Source of the DNA: an uncultured delta proteobacterium
GTDB taxonomy: Bacteria; Myxococcota; Kuafuiibacteriia; Kuafuiibacteriales; Kuafuiibacteriaceae
DNA: 64,000 bases
NCBI GenBank assembly: GCA_963803435.1
Contig: CAWDML010000001.1
Span: forward strand, 3,219,111 to 3,283,110
Reading direction: 5' to 3'
A program made the translations under genes and the position numbers. Numbering within the stretch: position 1 is the stretch's first letter; each line of letters begins with the position of its first letter. Shown here in pieces: positions 9,140 through 19,053 of the stretch. Below the pieces are notes generated by a model that had not been told where the DNA came from, made no database searches, and saw only the letters and a list, made by a program, of their open reading frames with translations.

Positions 9140-10903
9140 TCAGATCTCGGCGGGGACCGAGGATTCGTGGCGCACGATCCGCCGCACGGCCAGCGCGACC
9201 ACGACGACCGCCAGCACGGCCAGGACCAGGTCGGTGACGAGCAGCAGCCACTGCCCACCGCCGTAGTGCTTGCCGACGAGCTGCCAGAGAGACGCGATGG
9301 TGGTGACGACCATGAACGCCGCCGGCAGCGCCGTGAACAGATAGCGGCGGCCGTGGGCCATCAGCCACACCGTCCCGGTCACCAGCGTGAGCGCGGCGAG
9401 CAGCTGATTGGCGGTGCCGAAGACCGGCCAGATCCGCTTCCAGTCACCGTCGTAGATCAAGACGAGGATCATCAGGAGAGGGATCGCTGTGTTGATGAGG
9501 CGGCTTTTCAGGATCCTTGGCGTCCTTGTTGCGAACACCACTCCCCACAGCTCTTCGAAGAGATACCGGGACAGACGGACGATGGTGTCGGTGGTGGTGA
9601 CGAGGAAGCCCTCGAGCAGCAGGATGCCGAACAGCGTCCCGAACACAGGAGAAAGATCGAAGCCCTTGTGGAGGGCGCCGCCGATCGCGGCGGCGAACGC
9701 GAGCGCAGCGTTGCCCTTGCCGAGGTGGCCGTGATCGTCGACCGGCCAGACGATGTGGTTGTAGCCGGCCTGTCCGAGACCGGCCAGGATGACCAGCGTG
9801 ACGCAGATGCCGAGCAGCGCCTCGCCGAGCATCGCTCCGTAGCCGATCGGCAAGATGTGTCGCTCCTGCGCGACCTGCTTCGCCGTGGTGCCGCTCGCCA
9901 CCAGCGCGTGGGCTCCCGAGATCGATCCGCACGCCACCGTCACGAAGAGCACCGGCCACATCGATCCGAGCGCGCCCGCGGCCGGTGAATCGCTGGCAGC
10001 GAAGGCGGGGCCGTCGATGGTCACGCCGTGGAAGCCGCACGCCAGCACGCCCGCGACCATCGCCACGATGCCCGCGTAGAGGAACTGGACGTTGGTGAAG
10101 TCGCGCGGCTGGATGACGACCCACACCGGGATGAAGCCGGCGACCAGACAATAGAGCGCGACGATGTAGATCCAGATCTGCGGATCGATCGAGAGCGGGA
10201 CGACCAGCCCGATCCACACCGACAGTCCGCACACCACCAGCGACAGCGTCACGGACATGCCGAGCGAGAGGCCCCTTCGATACATGAGCCAGCCGATCAA
10301 CGGCGCGGCCGCCGTCATGACCACCACCGAGGTGCTGGCCACTCCGCCGATGACGCCGTGGACGACGCCGTCCTTCACCACCGTGGCGAGCAGCGTCTGA
10401 TCGGGGGCAAGGTCGAGCGCCTCGAGCGGATAGGTGGACGTGAGCGCCACGGCCACCAGATCGAGGAAGGCGGCGCCGACGAGCACGCAGAGGATCACGG
10501 CAAACGCCAGGAAGAGCACGTAGCCGGTGGTGCCGAGCACGCCACGCGTCACCTCCGCGATCGACTTGCCGCCGGAACGAACGCTGAGGAACAGCGCGGT
10601 CATGTCGTGCATCGCGCCGATGAAGACGACGCCGAGCAGGATCCACGACCAGGTGGGGACATAGCCGAACGCGAGCGCGACGGTCGGCCCGACGATCGGC
10701 CCGGCGGCCGCGATCGAGGCGTAGTGGTGCCCGAACAGGACGACCGGGTTCGCGGGGACGTAGTCGACGCCGTCGTCGAGCGCTCTCGCCGGCGTCTCTC
10801 GGCTGTCGTCGACGCCGAGCCACCGGGCCACGCGGCGGCCATAGAAGAAGTACCCGAGCCCCAGGACGATCAGGGCGAAGACCATGGGAAGCGCGGCGTT
10901 CAT
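9140..10903 (-). CDS. cstA: Carbon starvation protein A family transporter
   Basis: DDGVDYVP, FGHHYASIAAAGPIVGP, GAMHD, QPRD, VACGSISGAHAL, IWPVFGTANQLLA. Many TM helices. Confidence 0.92.
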   Translation of the reverse strand: MNAALPMVFALIVLGLGYFFYGRRVARWLGVDDSRETPARALDDGVDYVPANPVVLFGHHYASIAAAGPIVGPTVALAFGYVPTWSWILLGVVFIGAMHDMTALFLSVRSGGKSIAEVTRGVLGTTGYVLFLAFAVILCVLVGAAFLDLVAVALTSTYPLEALDLAPDQTLLATVVKDGVVHGVIGGVASTSVVVMTAAAPLIGWLMYRRGLSLGMSVTLSLVVCGLSVWIGLVVPLSIDPQIWIYIVALYCLVAGFIPVWVVIQPRDFTNVQFLYAGIVAMVAGVLACGFHGVTIDGPAFAASDSPAAGALGSMWPVLFVTVACGSISGAHALVASGTTAKQVAQERHILPIGYGAMLGEALLGICVTLVILAGLGQAGYNHIVWPVDDHGHLGKGNAALAFAAAIGGALHKGFDLSPVFGTLFGILLLEGFLVTTTDTIVRLSRYLFEELWGVVFATRTPRILKSRLINTAIPLLMILVLIYDGDWKRIWPVFGTANQLLAALTLVTGTVWLMAHGRRYLFTALPAAFMVVTTIASLWQLVGKHYGGGQWLLLVTDLVLAVLAVVVVALAVRRIVRHESSVPAEI

Positions 10904-10929
10904 GGGTTCTCGGGCCCCATCCTACCGTT

Positions 10930-12618
10930 TCACTGTCCGTAGCGGAGGACGATCTCCCGGTTTCTGTCCTGCCGGCCGTAGAGCTCGACCGTCCGATCCG
11001 GCCATCGGACCTCGAGCGTGTCGACCTCGGCCGACCCCAACCCGAAGTACAGCGCCAGATCGCTCCCGGAGCCGAGGCTCGTCCCCGCAATCACCGCGCG
11101 CAGGAGCGAGCGCCCGTCGCTGAGGCGCGCGATCACCTGGGCGCCGACCGCGTCGTGGTTCACCGCTCCGTCCCCGAGCAGCCGCACGGAGAGCCATCCG
11201 GCGGAGGCCGGGAGCGGCCGGTGGTGGAAGAGCTGATAGCCGACGTCCCAGTCGCCGACGACGAGATCGATCCCGCCGTCCCGATCGTAGTCCGCCACCG
11301 CCACGCCGATGGAGTAGCGCGGATCGTCAGCGCCGCTCTCGGCGGAGACGTCGGCGAACGTCCCGTCGCCCCGATTCTCGAACAGACGGTTCGCGTTGCC
11401 GAATCCGAAGACGCGCCCGACCGCGACGTACAGATCGAGGTCGCCGTCGGCGTCGTAGTCGATGAAAGCGGTGCCCCAGCTGGTGTTGCCGGCGATGACG
11501 CCCGCCTCTGCGCTAACGTTCGAGAAACCGCCGTTCTCCTGGCGGAGGAGGACCTCGGCGCCGGTGTTGGACATGTACAGATCGAGATCGCCGTCTCCGT
11601 CGTAGTCGCCGACCGCCAGGCCCATGCCGTCGATCCGGGCGTCGGCGCCGCTGGGGATGGCAAGCTCGGTGAAGCACCACCCGTTGCAGCCGCTCCCATC
11701 GTTCCGCCAGAGGACGTTGCGATTGAGCGGGCGATCGGAGGCCGGCTCGCCCGGAGAGCCCTTGTCGTTGACGAGATAGAGGTCCACGTCGCCGTCGCCG
11801 TCGTAGTCGAAGAAGCTGGCGACGAACCCGAGACCGCTCAGGTGATCGAGATCGAGGAGAGAGGAGACCTCGGTGAACTTGCCCTCGCCGTCGTTGTGGT
11901 AGAGGTGGTCGCGCGCAGCGTCGTGATCGCCGAGGCGGCACTCGTAGCAGAACCAGTTGGCGACGTAGAGGTCGAGCAGGCCGTCACCGTCATAGTCGCC
12001 GAAGGTGGCGGTCTCGCCCTTTCCGGGGTTCCCGAGGCCGATCTCGCCGGTGACGTCCACGAAGACGCCGCCTTCGTTCCGGAACATGACGTCGGGGCCG
12101 AGGTTGAGGACGTAGAGGTCCTCGTCGCCGTCGTTGTCGTAATCGACGAAGATCGCACCGCCGCTGACGGCGTCGGCAAGCCCGATCTCGCCGGCGTCCT
12201 CGACCAGGTCGAAGCCGCCCTGTCCATCGTTGTGGAGCAAGCGGTTGGGGCCGGTGCTGTCGGTCAGATACAGATCGAGCCAGCCGTCCTGATCGTAGTC
12301 GCCCCAGGCCTGGCCGGTGACGTAGTAGTCGGGCCGGAAGCCGCGGGGCGCGCCGAGCTCGACCGTCTCGAAGCTGGGACCAAGCGCCGACTCCACCTGG
12401 GGCGACGGCACCGAGAGGGGCGGCGCGTCGATCGCGACCACCGGCAGGGTAGAGCCCCGGACCGCGCGCTCCACGGATCGCGGCGACGGCCCCGGGCGAT
12501 CCTCGGGGACCCGGCCGCCGGCGAGGTTGGGCGCGCCCTCGAAGCGGCATCCCGCAAGACAGCTTGCGAGCATCGCGATCCCGAACGCGCGCATCAGGCC
12601 TGGAAGGCACTTCGCCAT
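10930..12618 (-). CDS. CRTAC1/ASPIC-UnbV family FG-GAP repeat lipoprotein
   Basis: Repeated DYDxDGxxDLY motifs, C-terminal UnbV-like DAVGAQV...LYFGLG...VRWPD, lipobox LAG-C. Start inferred. Confidence 0.9.
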   Translation of the reverse strand: MAKCLPGLMRAFGIAMLASCLAGCRFEGAPNLAGGRVPEDRPGPSPRSVERAVRGSTLPVVAIDAPPLSVPSPQVESALGPSFETVELGAPRGFRPDYYVTGQAWGDYDQDGWLDLYLTDSTGPNRLLHNDGQGGFDLVEDAGEIGLADAVSGGAIFVDYDNDGDEDLYVLNLGPDVMFRNEGGVFVDVTGEIGLGNPGKGETATFGDYDGDGLLDLYVANWFCYECRLGDHDAARDHLYHNDGEGKFTEVSSLLDLDHLSGLGFVASFFDYDGDGDVDLYLVNDKGSPGEPASDRPLNRNVLWRNDGSGCNGWCFTELAIPSGADARIDGMGLAVGDYDGDGDLDLYMSNTGAEVLLRQENGGFSNVSAEAGVIAGNTSWGTAFIDYDADGDLDLYVAVGRVFGFGNANRLFENRGDGTFADVSAESGADDPRYSIGVAVADYDRDGGIDLVVGDWDVGYQLFHHRPLPASAGWLSVRLLGDGAVNHDAVGAQVIARLSDGRSLLRAVIAGTSLGSGSDLALYFGLGSAEVDTLEVRWPDRTVELYGRQDRNREIVLRYGQ

Positions 12619-12730
12619 CCCCTCGACCTTCCGTCCATACTCGAATAACCCCTCGGCGTACTGGCCACGGCGGCCGCGTAAGCGCCGTGTATTTGATCTG
12701 GCTGAGTCCTTCCCTCCACAGTCGGAGAGA

Positions 12731-13075
12731 GTGAGCAGCCTTCTCACCTTCATCGACGATTCGGTGCGGGCTCGCCCCGGGCCCCCGGGGTTCGTCGGCG
12801 ACCTCTGCCTGGTCGAGCGGTGCGCGCGCCTCGATCGCTACTGGCACCTCTCAGCCACCCGCGCCGGGGTGACCTTCGGCTACCTCGACGGGGTTCCGGA
12901 GGGATCCACTGCGCTCTTGATATTCGACGAGGCAGAGGGCGAGGCCATCGTTCAAGGCGCGCCGTGCGCGGGCTCGTTCCGGATTGCGGGTGAGTCGACC
13001 CAGCTGAAGGCCCTCTTCGATCGCTACCTCGGCGGCTCCAGCTGGTTGGCTGTGCGGGCCGGTCAGACGAAATAG
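12731..13075 (+). CDS. Small hypothetical protein, possible SCP2 (sterol carrier)-like fold
   Basis: GTG start after GGAGAGA. C-terminal FRIAGESTQLKALFDRY loosely resembles the SCP2 signature. Confidence 0.5.
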   Translation: MSSLLTFIDDSVRARPGPPGFVGDLCLVERCARLDRYWHLSATRAGVTFGYLDGVPEGSTALLIFDEAEGEAIVQGAPCAGSFRIAGESTQLKALFDRYLGGSSWLAVRAGQTK

Positions 13076-13085
13076 GAGACAGCAC

Positions 13086-14261
13086 TTGCGGATTCCCGAC
13101 CTCAACGAAGTGGTGAGCCGGTGGAGCGACGTCCGCCTGGACAACGACGAGTCCGTCGAGCAGCACGTGGGACGCCTCCGGGAGGCGTTCGTCCGCGAGC
13201 ACGCGGGCCGTTTCATCAACACGCGTCAAGCGCTCGACTTCGTCCGCGAGCACCTCCCCTATCTGCCCGCGACGGAGCAGGCGGGCGTCGCGAAGCAGCT
13301 CGTCGAGGACGCGGACCAGCGCGTCCACTGGCCGGTCGAGGGCGGTGGGAATCGCCGAGGGCTGACCGGCGCGCAGCTGCGAGAGCGGCAGGAGATCGTG
13401 CTGAGGGCGCTCGGCGAGTTCATCGAGGAGGCTCGCAGCGGGACGCTCGGCGTCGACGATTTGGCGCGCTCGCTGGACCTGCTGAGATGCAAGCCGCTCG
13501 GCCGCTCCGGCGCGCAAGGTGTCGCGGGGATGCACCCGAGCTACCAGTCCGGCTTTGACGGCACCATCCTCCACGTCGGTGAGCACCTGGTGACGGTGCT
13601 CGAGGTACCGTCCGTCGCCGTCCATCAACCCTGCCGTCCCGGCGCCCAGCGCGAGACCTACGGCGACGTGACGCGCCAGGGCGACCAGCTCGCCTTCACC
13701 GGCTGGGTGCCCTCGAACGACGGCTATCTCCAGGTCCAGACGCGGATCGACGCCGAGCGGAGCGACGGTCCCCTCACGGAGCGAGAGCGCACCGCCGTCT
13801 CTTCCCTCGCGACGACCCTCCGCAAGGCGTTCGTGGCCGACTTCGTCCCGACGCGTCACCTGCAGTGGATCGGCTCCGAGGCCGCCGGTCAGGGCGTCAT
13901 TGCCCGTCCGTTCGATCGCTACCGCGCCCTCGCGAACGGCGCCTACGTCCGGACCCCCGAGGGTGAGGGCTCCGTCCAGCACGCATTCACCGACGGACGG
14001 CCCAGCACCTCGAGCTTCTCGGTCGGCCCGGTGTTCTTCAGCGTGCTGCACGGCGCTCCCGCCCACCGATTCGACCGCTCCGCGGGCAGGGACAGCTCCT
14101 TCCAGGTGCTCTCTCACGAGCACGGCAACGCGCTGCAAGTGCAGGTCAGCTTGCGGAACGGCGACACCGCCTACGCCACTCTCACGAACCAGCCGTCCCG
14201 CCAGGCAGCCGAACGACAGCTGCACGACGTCCTGGCGCTGGCCGACAAGGTCTTCTCCTGA
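13086..14261 (+). CDS. Hypothetical cytoplasmic protein (391 aa)
   Basis: TTG start with AGGAG RBS, coding-like GC3 bias, no motif recognised. Confidence 0.75.
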   Translation: MRIPDLNEVVSRWSDVRLDNDESVEQHVGRLREAFVREHAGRFINTRQALDFVREHLPYLPATEQAGVAKQLVEDADQRVHWPVEGGGNRRGLTGAQLRERQEIVLRALGEFIEEARSGTLGVDDLARSLDLLRCKPLGRSGAQGVAGMHPSYQSGFDGTILHVGEHLVTVLEVPSVAVHQPCRPGAQRETYGDVTRQGDQLAFTGWVPSNDGYLQVQTRIDAERSDGPLTERERTAVSSLATTLRKAFVADFVPTRHLQWIGSEAAGQGVIARPFDRYRALANGAYVRTPEGEGSVQHAFTDGRPSTSSFSVGPVFFSVLHGAPAHRFDRSAGRDSSFQVLSHEHGNALQVQVSLRNGDTAYATLTNQPSRQAAERQLHDVLALADKVFS

Positions 14262-14322
14262 GCACTCTCCCGGGTTGCGCCTCCCCAAAGAAGTGGGTTT
14301 GATCCGCGCCGAGCGGAAGAAA

Positions 14323-15738
14323 GTGCGCTTCGACTCCTTCGACTTCGTCCTCTTCCTCCTGCTCGTCCTGACGGTCTATCACCTCGTCCCCCACCGGCCG
14401 CAGAACCTGCTCCTCCTGGCGGCCAGCCTCTTCTTCTACGGCTACTGGGACTGGCGCTTTCTCGGCCTTCTCCTGGTCACGGTGGTGATCGACTACCTGG
14501 CGGCGATCGGGATCGAGAACGCACGGTCGGAGCGCTCGCGGAGGGGGCTGTTGTTCGTGAGCGCCGCGGTCAGCTTCGGCATCCTCGCCTACTTCAAGTA
14601 CTTCAACTTCTTCATCGACAGCATGAACGGGCTGCTGGCCCAGCTCGGGATCTCGGGGGTCCGCAACGGGCTCGAGATCGTCCTGCCGGTCGGAGTCTCG
14701 TTCTACACCTTCCAGACGATGAGCTACGTGATCGACGTGTATCGCCGCCGGCTAACGGCGACCCGGCGCTTCACCGACTTCGCGCTCTTCGTGACGTTCT
14801 TTCCGCAGCTGGTCGCCGGTCCGATCGAGCGCGCCTCGGCGCTGCTCCCCCAGCTGGAGAATCCGCGACGGCTCCGCTTCGCCGAGCTCCGCGAGGGCTC
14901 GTGGATGATCCTGTTCGGCTACTACGCGAAGGTGGTGGTCGCGGACAACCTGGCACCGTGGGCCGAGCGCGCGTTTCACCACGCCGGCACCGCCAGCCCG
15001 CTGACCGTGGTCACCGGCGTGTACGCATTCGCGTTCCAGATCTACGGCGACTTCCTCGGCTACTCGAGCATCGCGCGCGGCGTCGGTCTCTTGTTCGGCG
15101 TGCAGCTGATGCACAACTTCCGAATGCCGTACTTCGCGGCCAACCCGTCCGAGCTCTGGCGCCGCTGGCACATCAGCCTCTCCACCTGGCTGCGCGACTA
15201 CGTGTACATCCCGCTGGGCGGCAACCGGCGCGGCGAGCGCCGTACGTACCTCAACCTGATCGCCACCATGACGCTCGGCGGGCTCTGGCATGGCGCCGCC
15301 TGGCACTTCGTGATCTGGGGCGTCTACCACGGCGTGCTGCTGGCGGTGCACCGAGCCGCGTTCGGCGCGCGCGAGAGGGCGAGCGCGGTACCGCGGATCG
15401 TGCGCGCGTTCTTCTTCTTTCAGCTCGTGTGTGTGGGCTGGATCCTCTTTCGGGTCGAGCGGCTCTCGGAGGTCCCGCTGCTGCTCTCGAAGATGGCCCG
15501 CGGCCTCCTTGATCTCCGCCGTGCAGATCCGCTGCAGGTGAAGCTCTGGCTCCTGGCGGTGCTCCTGGCGCTACCCCTGCTGGTCGTCGATCTCGCCCGC
15601 GAGCGCGCGCGGGACATGGACGTGGTCTGGTTCGAGTGGTCGCGGTCCGCTCAGGCCGCCTTGGGGGGCGCGCTGTTCCTGTTGATCCTGTTCGCCGGCG
15701 TCGTGGAGGGTGGTGACTTCGTCTACTTCCAGTTCTGA
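14323..15738 (+). CDS. MBOAT family O-acyltransferase (AlgI/DltB/PatA type)
   Basis: LPVGVSFYTFQ, FFPQLVAGPIER, QIYGDFLGYS, WRRWHISLSTWLRDYVYIPLGGNR, GLWHGA, terminal FVYFQF. Confidence 0.95.
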   Translation: MRFDSFDFVLFLLLVLTVYHLVPHRPQNLLLLAASLFFYGYWDWRFLGLLLVTVVIDYLAAIGIENARSERSRRGLLFVSAAVSFGILAYFKYFNFFIDSMNGLLAQLGISGVRNGLEIVLPVGVSFYTFQTMSYVIDVYRRRLTATRRFTDFALFVTFFPQLVAGPIERASALLPQLENPRRLRFAELREGSWMILFGYYAKVVVADNLAPWAERAFHHAGTASPLTVVTGVYAFAFQIYGDFLGYSSIARGVGLLFGVQLMHNFRMPYFAANPSELWRRWHISLSTWLRDYVYIPLGGNRRGERRTYLNLIATMTLGGLWHGAAWHFVIWGVYHGVLLAVHRAAFGARERASAVPRIVRAFFFFQLVCVGWILFRVERLSEVPLLLSKMARGLLDLRRADPLQVKLWLLAVLLALPLLVVDLARERARDMDVVWFEWSRSAQAALGGALFLLILFAGVVEGGDFVYFQF

Positions 15739-16681
15739 GCGCCTTCGGCTCGGCGTGCCGGCGCTGATGATCGCGGCGGCGCTGGCGGGCGCAGGGGTCG
15801 GGCTCCGCACCCTCCGAACCCTCCTCCCCAACCCGGAGTGGGGCGACGCACGCGTCAGGGTCCTCTTCCTCGGCAGCTCGCACGTCGACGGCGGCATCAC
15901 GCCGGCCCGCATGCCGGTGCCGGCGGCTCGGATCACGCACGCCGGCGCCGAGATCGATCTTCTGGCCCGCGCCTATCTCTCGCACCGGGATCGTTGGCCG
16001 CGCCTCCAGGTCGTGCTGATCGAGGTGGACGAGGTGACCCTGCTCGGCGATCGCGCCTGGAACCACCGGTTCGACCTGACGCCCCTCGCGGGCGATCTCG
16101 ATCTGGATCCGTGGGAGCTGCCCCGGAAGGACGACCCGATCCCGCGCGCCGTCTGGATCGTGCGGAACCTCCTCCGCGGCCGCGGCCTGGCGGGGCTCGA
16201 TCCGAGCCGCCGCTTCACGCTGGCGAACCTCGAGCGACGCCTGCAACCGACCCCCGACGAGTGGATCCAGGATCGCTCACCACCGCCCGCGCCGGCGCGG
16301 ACCTCCACGCTCTCGCGATCGCTCTCGGAGCGCGGCGTCGAATACCTGCGTCAGACCGCGGCCGACCCGCGCTTCAACGTGGCGGCGCTCATCGAGCTCA
16401 CACGCGCGCTCCGGGCCCGCGGCATCGACGTCATCCTCCTCACGCTCCCCGACCACCGCTTCTATCGTGCGGTTCGGCCCGAGGCGTGGCAGCGGTTGGT
16501 GGAGTCGACGGTCGAGTCGGTGCGCGCCGCCGCCGGCGAGCCGATCCCGCACTGGGACTATCGCGCGGACGACCGCTTCTCCGACGACGACTTCAACAAC
16601 GCGACCCACCTCGACCCGCGGGGCGCAGCGCGCTTCACCGACCTGATCGCAGAGCGGCTGGCTTCGCGCGCGCGTCAGTGA
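15710..16681 (+). CDS. SGNH/DltD-like periplasmic acyltransferase partner
   Basis: N-terminal TM, LFLGSSH block, C-terminal DFNNATHLDPRGA. Overlaps the MBOAT stop. Confidence 0.75.
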   Translation: MVTSSTSSSERLRLGVPALMIAAALAGAGVGLRTLRTLLPNPEWGDARVRVLFLGSSHVDGGITPARMPVPAARITHAGAEIDLLARAYLSHRDRWPRLQVVLIEVDEVTLLGDRAWNHRFDLTPLAGDLDLDPWELPRKDDPIPRAVWIVRNLLRGRGLAGLDPSRRFTLANLERRLQPTPDEWIQDRSPPPAPARTSTLSRSLSERGVEYLRQTAADPRFNVAALIELTRALRARGIDVILLTLPDHRFYRAVRPEAWQRLVESTVESVRAAAGEPIPHWDYRADDRFSDDDFNNATHLDPRGAARFTDLIAERLASRARQ

Positions 16682-18954
16682 AGGATCAGCCCGTCCAACC
16701 AGACGTAGTACGTGCCGTAGTCCCAGGTATCGGTGTGCACCTCGAGCCAGTCCACGTCCGTCAGCACGGGCGCGCCGGTCTCGGTGCGGGTCCATCCCTG
16801 TCCGCCCGCCAGCGGGACGTCGACGTAGATCCACTCGCCGGCCTCGAGCGGGAGGAGGTTGCTGTCCGGGGTGAGCGTCACCGTCCCGGACGCGGACCCG
16901 AGGACGAACGTGGGGAAGTTGCCTTGCCAGCCGAACATGTTCCGGTTCTGCGAGCGGAAGAAGCCGGCCAGGTGCGTGAAGCTGGAGAAATCCCAGGCGG
17001 CCTGGCGGTCCGGCGGGGTGAACGCCGCGAAGTCGTACGGATCATCGGTCGCGATCCGGATCGACGCGCCTCCGCTCACCGAAGCGCTCGTGTCTTCGAC
17101 GATGACAGTGGTGCACGCGGGGTCGGTGCAGCGCCACGACCAGTCGAGCGCCGTCGCACCAATCTCGAGGCCGTCCGGAAGCACCGCCACGGTCGCGAAG
17201 GCGAGGCCGGCGAGCGCGCCGTCGTCGGCGGTCACCGCCACGTCCCACAGGCCGGCGGAGGGGAACGTCAACTGGACTTGCGAAGCTCCGGGAGCCACCA
17301 GAAGCGCCTCGGGGAGCGCGGCCGGGACGAACCGAGCACCGGAGCGTTGCACCAGCCAGTGATAGCCGAGCGCCGCGCCCTCAGGATCGCTGGAGGCCGA
17401 GGCGTCGAGCGTGACCTCGACGCCCGCGGTGGCCGAGATCGGGGCGAGGCGTGCCTCGGGCGGACGGTCCTGCGGATCCGCGCCGCACGCGCCGACCGTC
17501 CAGATCCCCTCCACCTCGGCCGCGGGCGTGGCGGCGACCGTGCTCATGCCGTCGCCGCAGTTGGATCCCATCACCAAGCCTCGCGTCGAGGCGACGAAGA
17601 CGTCGCAGCCGGTGAACGGGGAGCACGGCCCGTTGTTCGCGAACGCGTTCCGCTGGATCACCAGCTGGCTCGAGTTGGCGAGGTTCGGCCCCATGCGGTC
17701 GAGCGGATCCCAGGCCTGGATCTCACGGCCGGTGAGGAGGACGCCGGTGCGCCCGTTATCGGTGATGACGTTGTCCTCGATGACCGTGTGGCGGTCCTCG
17801 CCAATCTGGATCGAGATGCCGTCGACCAGGTTGCGCTCGACCAGATTGCCGCGGACGACACCGAGGTCGGTCCCCCCCAGCCAGAGCCCATACGTGCTGT
17901 CGGAGGCGATGTTGTCGATGAAACGGTTGCCGTCGCACCAGCACTCGATCGCGTTGTGCGGCGAGAACGAGGTGTCGTTGCCCTCGATCAGGTTCGAAGT
18001 GGCGCAGCCACCGATCACGCTCCGGACGAAGATGCCGTCCCCGCCGTAGGTGGTGTCGTTTCGGATCAGCTCATTGTCGCTCGAGAGAGCGTCGACGATG
18101 ATCCCGGCCGAATCCTTGGTGTCGATCCCGTACCAGCGACCGGGGAACGACAGCTGATCGCCGCGGATGCCCCAGGAGAGGTCGTTTCCCTCCAGCCGAT
18201 CACGGTGCGCGTTCACCAGCGTCGCACCGGTGTTCGAGCAGTGGTCGGCCGTGTTGGTCGAGATCGTGTTGTCATCGCTCCCCCGGAGCTCGATGCCGTT
18301 CCAGTTGCGCGCGAAGCTGCTGTTCGAGACCGTGCTGCTCCGGGTGTTCTCGAGCCGGATCCCGCCGCCCTGCACCGTGTCCTGCACCCAATCGGCGAGC
18401 GGGTCGGTGAAGTTGTCGGAGAGATCCGCCGACTCGACCGCGAGACGCTCCACCTCCCGCGCCACCAACCCGTAGCGGAAGCCGTGCACGCCGCACCCGA
18501 CCACGCGGACGTCCTGGACGCCGTCGATGAGGATGCCGACGGTCGGGTCCTCGGTGGTGCCGAAGCCGGAGGCGCCGGAGAAGACCGTGTCGAGGCAGGT
18601 GACGGTGACGCCGCTGGCGACGACCTGCAGCGCGGCGTGGCGGGTCGCGTCGGCGGCGATCGAGAGCTGGCCCGGGCAGAAGGTGACCGAGCGGCTGATC
18701 TCGACCGGTGTGGAGGGCGCCGGCTCGCACGGTGTGCCGGCGTCCGAGCCCCCGTCCGGTTCGTCCCCGGCGTCGGACATCTCCTCCGTGCCTGCGTCGG
18801 AGCCCGCGTCCGCCTCCTCCACCCCCGCGTCGAAGGCCGCGTCGAGCCCGTCCGGCGCGCCGCTGTCGGGCGTGGCATCCGGACGCTGGACCGCGGGCGA
18901 CGCCGGGCAGGCGCACAGACACAGCGCGAAGATCGACAACCCAACGCCACGCAT
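16675..18954 (-). CDS. Lipoprotein with right-handed parallel beta-helix (NosD/pectin-lyase-like), PKD domain and C-terminal beta-sandwich
   Basis: MRGVGLSIFALCLCA-C signal, DAG-rich linker, repeated N-xx-GI motifs, PKD-type VTLDASASSDPEG...YHW. Confidence 0.85.
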   Translation of the reverse strand: MRGVGLSIFALCLCACPASPAVQRPDATPDSGAPDGLDAAFDAGVEEADAGSDAGTEEMSDAGDEPDGGSDAGTPCEPAPSTPVEISRSVTFCPGQLSIAADATRHAALQVVASGVTVTCLDTVFSGASGFGTTEDPTVGILIDGVQDVRVVGCGVHGFRYGLVAREVERLAVESADLSDNFTDPLADWVQDTVQGGGIRLENTRSSTVSNSSFARNWNGIELRGSDDNTISTNTADHCSNTGATLVNAHRDRLEGNDLSWGIRGDQLSFPGRWYGIDTKDSAGIIVDALSSDNELIRNDTTYGGDGIFVRSVIGGCATSNLIEGNDTSFSPHNAIECWCDGNRFIDNIASDSTYGLWLGGTDLGVVRGNLVERNLVDGISIQIGEDRHTVIEDNVITDNGRTGVLLTGREIQAWDPLDRMGPNLANSSQLVIQRNAFANNGPCSPFTGCDVFVASTRGLVMGSNCGDGMSTVAATPAAEVEGIWTVGACGADPQDRPPEARLAPISATAGVEVTLDASASSDPEGAALGYHWLVQRSGARFVPAALPEALLVAPGASQVQLTFPSAGLWDVAVTADDGALAGLAFATVAVLPDGLEIGATALDWSWRCTDPACTTVIVEDTSASVSGGASIRIATDDPYDFAAFTPPDRQAAWDFSSFTHLAGFFRSQNRNMFGWQGNFPTFVLGSASGTVTLTPDSNLLPLEAGEWIYVDVPLAGGQGWTRTETGAPVLTDVDWLEVHTDTWDYGTYYVWLDGLILH

Positions 18955-19053
18955 GACGGTCGATGTAGTCACGGCGATTGCCGGAGCACGATTACTCGGC
19001 CACGGTAATCGACGTCTGGTAGATCCTCCCATCTCACGCGATGCTCGGTACCC

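Noticed and set aside
15838-19008. 1056-aa plus-strand ORF and similar long ORFs (4292-6148, 4456-6615, 36057-38588, 36370-38340, 12750-14288)
   Set aside because: Arg/Gly/Pro-rich shadow frames overlapping well-supported genes, expected in high-GC DNA.
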